A stretch of 35,964 nucleotides of DNA from a virus (lineage: Duplodnaviria > Heunggongvirae > Uroviricota > Caudoviricetes), in the IMG/VR virus record IMGVR_UViG_2541047714_000007. One strand, written 5' to 3'. Within the stretch, counting starts at the first letter, position 1; every line of letters starts with the position of its first letter. Below the pieces are notes generated by a model. That model was not told the origin of the DNA and did not search any database. It saw only the letters and a list, made by a program, of their open reading frames with translations. A program made the translations under genes and the position numbers. Below are positions 34,946 to 35,964 of this stretch, piece after piece.

Positions 34946-35964
34946 AAAAGCTAGGGGATTTACCTGATGTCACTTTTGAAGAGGCCTGCCTAAGATGGCT
35001 TGAGGAAAAAGCTGATAAAAAATCTCTCGATTCAGATAAAAGCCGGATTGAGTTCTGGCTTGAACATTTTGAGGGTATAAGGCTTAAAGATATCTCGGAG
35101 GCAAAGATTTACTCTGCTGTAAGCAGAATGCATAACAGAAAGACGAAAGAAATATGGAAACAGAAAGTTCAGGCCGCCATCAGGAAAGGTAAAGAACTGC
35201 CTGTTTATGAACCAAAGCCAGTATCAACTCAGACAAAGGCAAAGCATCTTGCCATGATAAAGGCCATTCTCCGTGCTGCAGAACGCGACTGGAAGTGGCT
35301 GGAAAAAGCGCCTGTCATCAAGATACCAGCGGTCAGAAACAAGCGAGTCAGATGGCTGGAAAAGGAGGAAGCAAAACGCCTTATTGATGAGTGCCCCGAA
35401 CCACTGAAATCTGTCGTCAAGTTTGCGCTGGCAACTGGTCTGAGAAAGTCGAACATCATAAATCTGGAATGGCAACAAATCGACATGCAGCGACGAGTTG
35501 CCTGGGTGAATCCAGAAGAGAGCAAATCAAACCGCGCCATTGGTGTGGCGCTGAACGATACCGCCTGTAAAGTGTTGCGTGATCAAATAGGCAAGCATCA
35601 CAAATGGGTGTTTGTACATACCAAGGCGGCTAAGCGAGCAGATGGAACATCAACGCCTGCGGTCAGGAAGATGCGCATCGACAGCAAGACATCATGGCTA
35701 TCAGCTTGTCGTCGTGCAGGAATTGAAGATTTCCGTTTCCATGACCTCAGACACACCTGGGCAAGCTGGCTGATTCAGTCAGGCGTCCCATTATCAGTGC
35801 TTCAGGAAATGGGCGGATGGGAGTCCATAGAAATGGTTCGTAGGTATGCTCACCTTGCGCCTAATCATTTGACAGAGCATGCGAGGAAAATAGACGACAT
35901 TTTTGGTGATAATGTCCCAAATATGTCCCACTCTGGAATTATGGAGGATATAAAGAAGGCGTAA
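34801..35964 (+). CDS. int: Tyrosine integrase, lambdoid (DLP12 IntD-like)
   Basis: 387 aa; N-terminus [40 protein letters not shown] and C-terminal catalytic region [47 protein letters not shown] closely match my recollection of E. coli prophage integrase IntD. Stop codon is the last 3 bases of the window. Confidence 0.9.
   Translation: MSLFRRNEIWYASYSLPGGKRIKESLGTKDKRQAQELHDKRKAELWRVEKLGDLPDVTFEEACLRWLEEKADKKSLDSDKSRIEFWLEHFEGIRLKDISEAKIYSAVSRMHNRKTKEIWKQKVQAAIRKGKELPVYEPKPVSTQTKAKHLAMIKAILRAAERDWKWLEKAPVIKIPAVRNKRVRWLEKEEAKRLIDECPEPLKSVVKFALATGLRKSNIINLEWQQIDMQRRVAWVNPEESKSNRAIGVALNDTACKVLRDQIGKHHKWVFVHTKAAKRADGTSTPAVRKMRIDSKTSWLSACRRAGIEDFRFHDLRHTWASWLIQSGVPLSVLQEMGGWESIEMVRRYAHLAPNHLTEHARKIDDIFGDNVPNMSHSGIMEDIKKA

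Larger units (their letters stand above)
33088..35964. mobile_element. Integrase-proximal module (membrane-protein moron, TraR-like, Xis, Int), possibly remnant or arm of a lambdoid prophage
   Basis: AT-rich, with its own terminator and promoter context, and a lambdoid int/xis pair oriented toward an att site expected just beyond the window end. Confidence 0.45.

Overview
Almost the whole window is prophage DNA; no rRNA, tRNA or CRISPR array was seen. Positions ~1-33,000 look like a Mu-like transposable prophage with divergent modules. The late operon runs leftward on the minus strand (21,722 down to 1): holin-like protein, SLT endolysin, i-spanin with embedded o-spanin, terminase, portal, Mu F/G/I-like head genes, capsid, sheath, tube, tail chaperone, tape measure with an internal 261-bp tandem duplication, P2-type baseplate genes and the start of a tail fibre gene. 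The early operon runs rightward on the plus strand (24,703-32,993): Ner/Cro-like protein, DDE transposase (MuA-like), AAA+ MuB-like ATPase, Gam, MazG-like protein, GemA and Mor. Between the two lies a small XRE repressor and an accessory island (P-loop kinase-like protein, two small ORFs, a Dam-family methyltransferase preceded by a GC-rich structured element). The right end (33,088-35,964) is a separate-looking module: an AT-rich 3-TM membrane protein, a TraR/DksA-type zinc finger, an excisionase and a lambdoid tyrosine integrase whose stop codon is the last base of the window. The best candidates for uncharacterised biology are the P-loop island, the AT-rich membrane protein, and the co-occurrence of a Mu-type transposition module with an Int/Xis module. 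All functional calls come from reading the translations and recalled family motifs; no database search was run.
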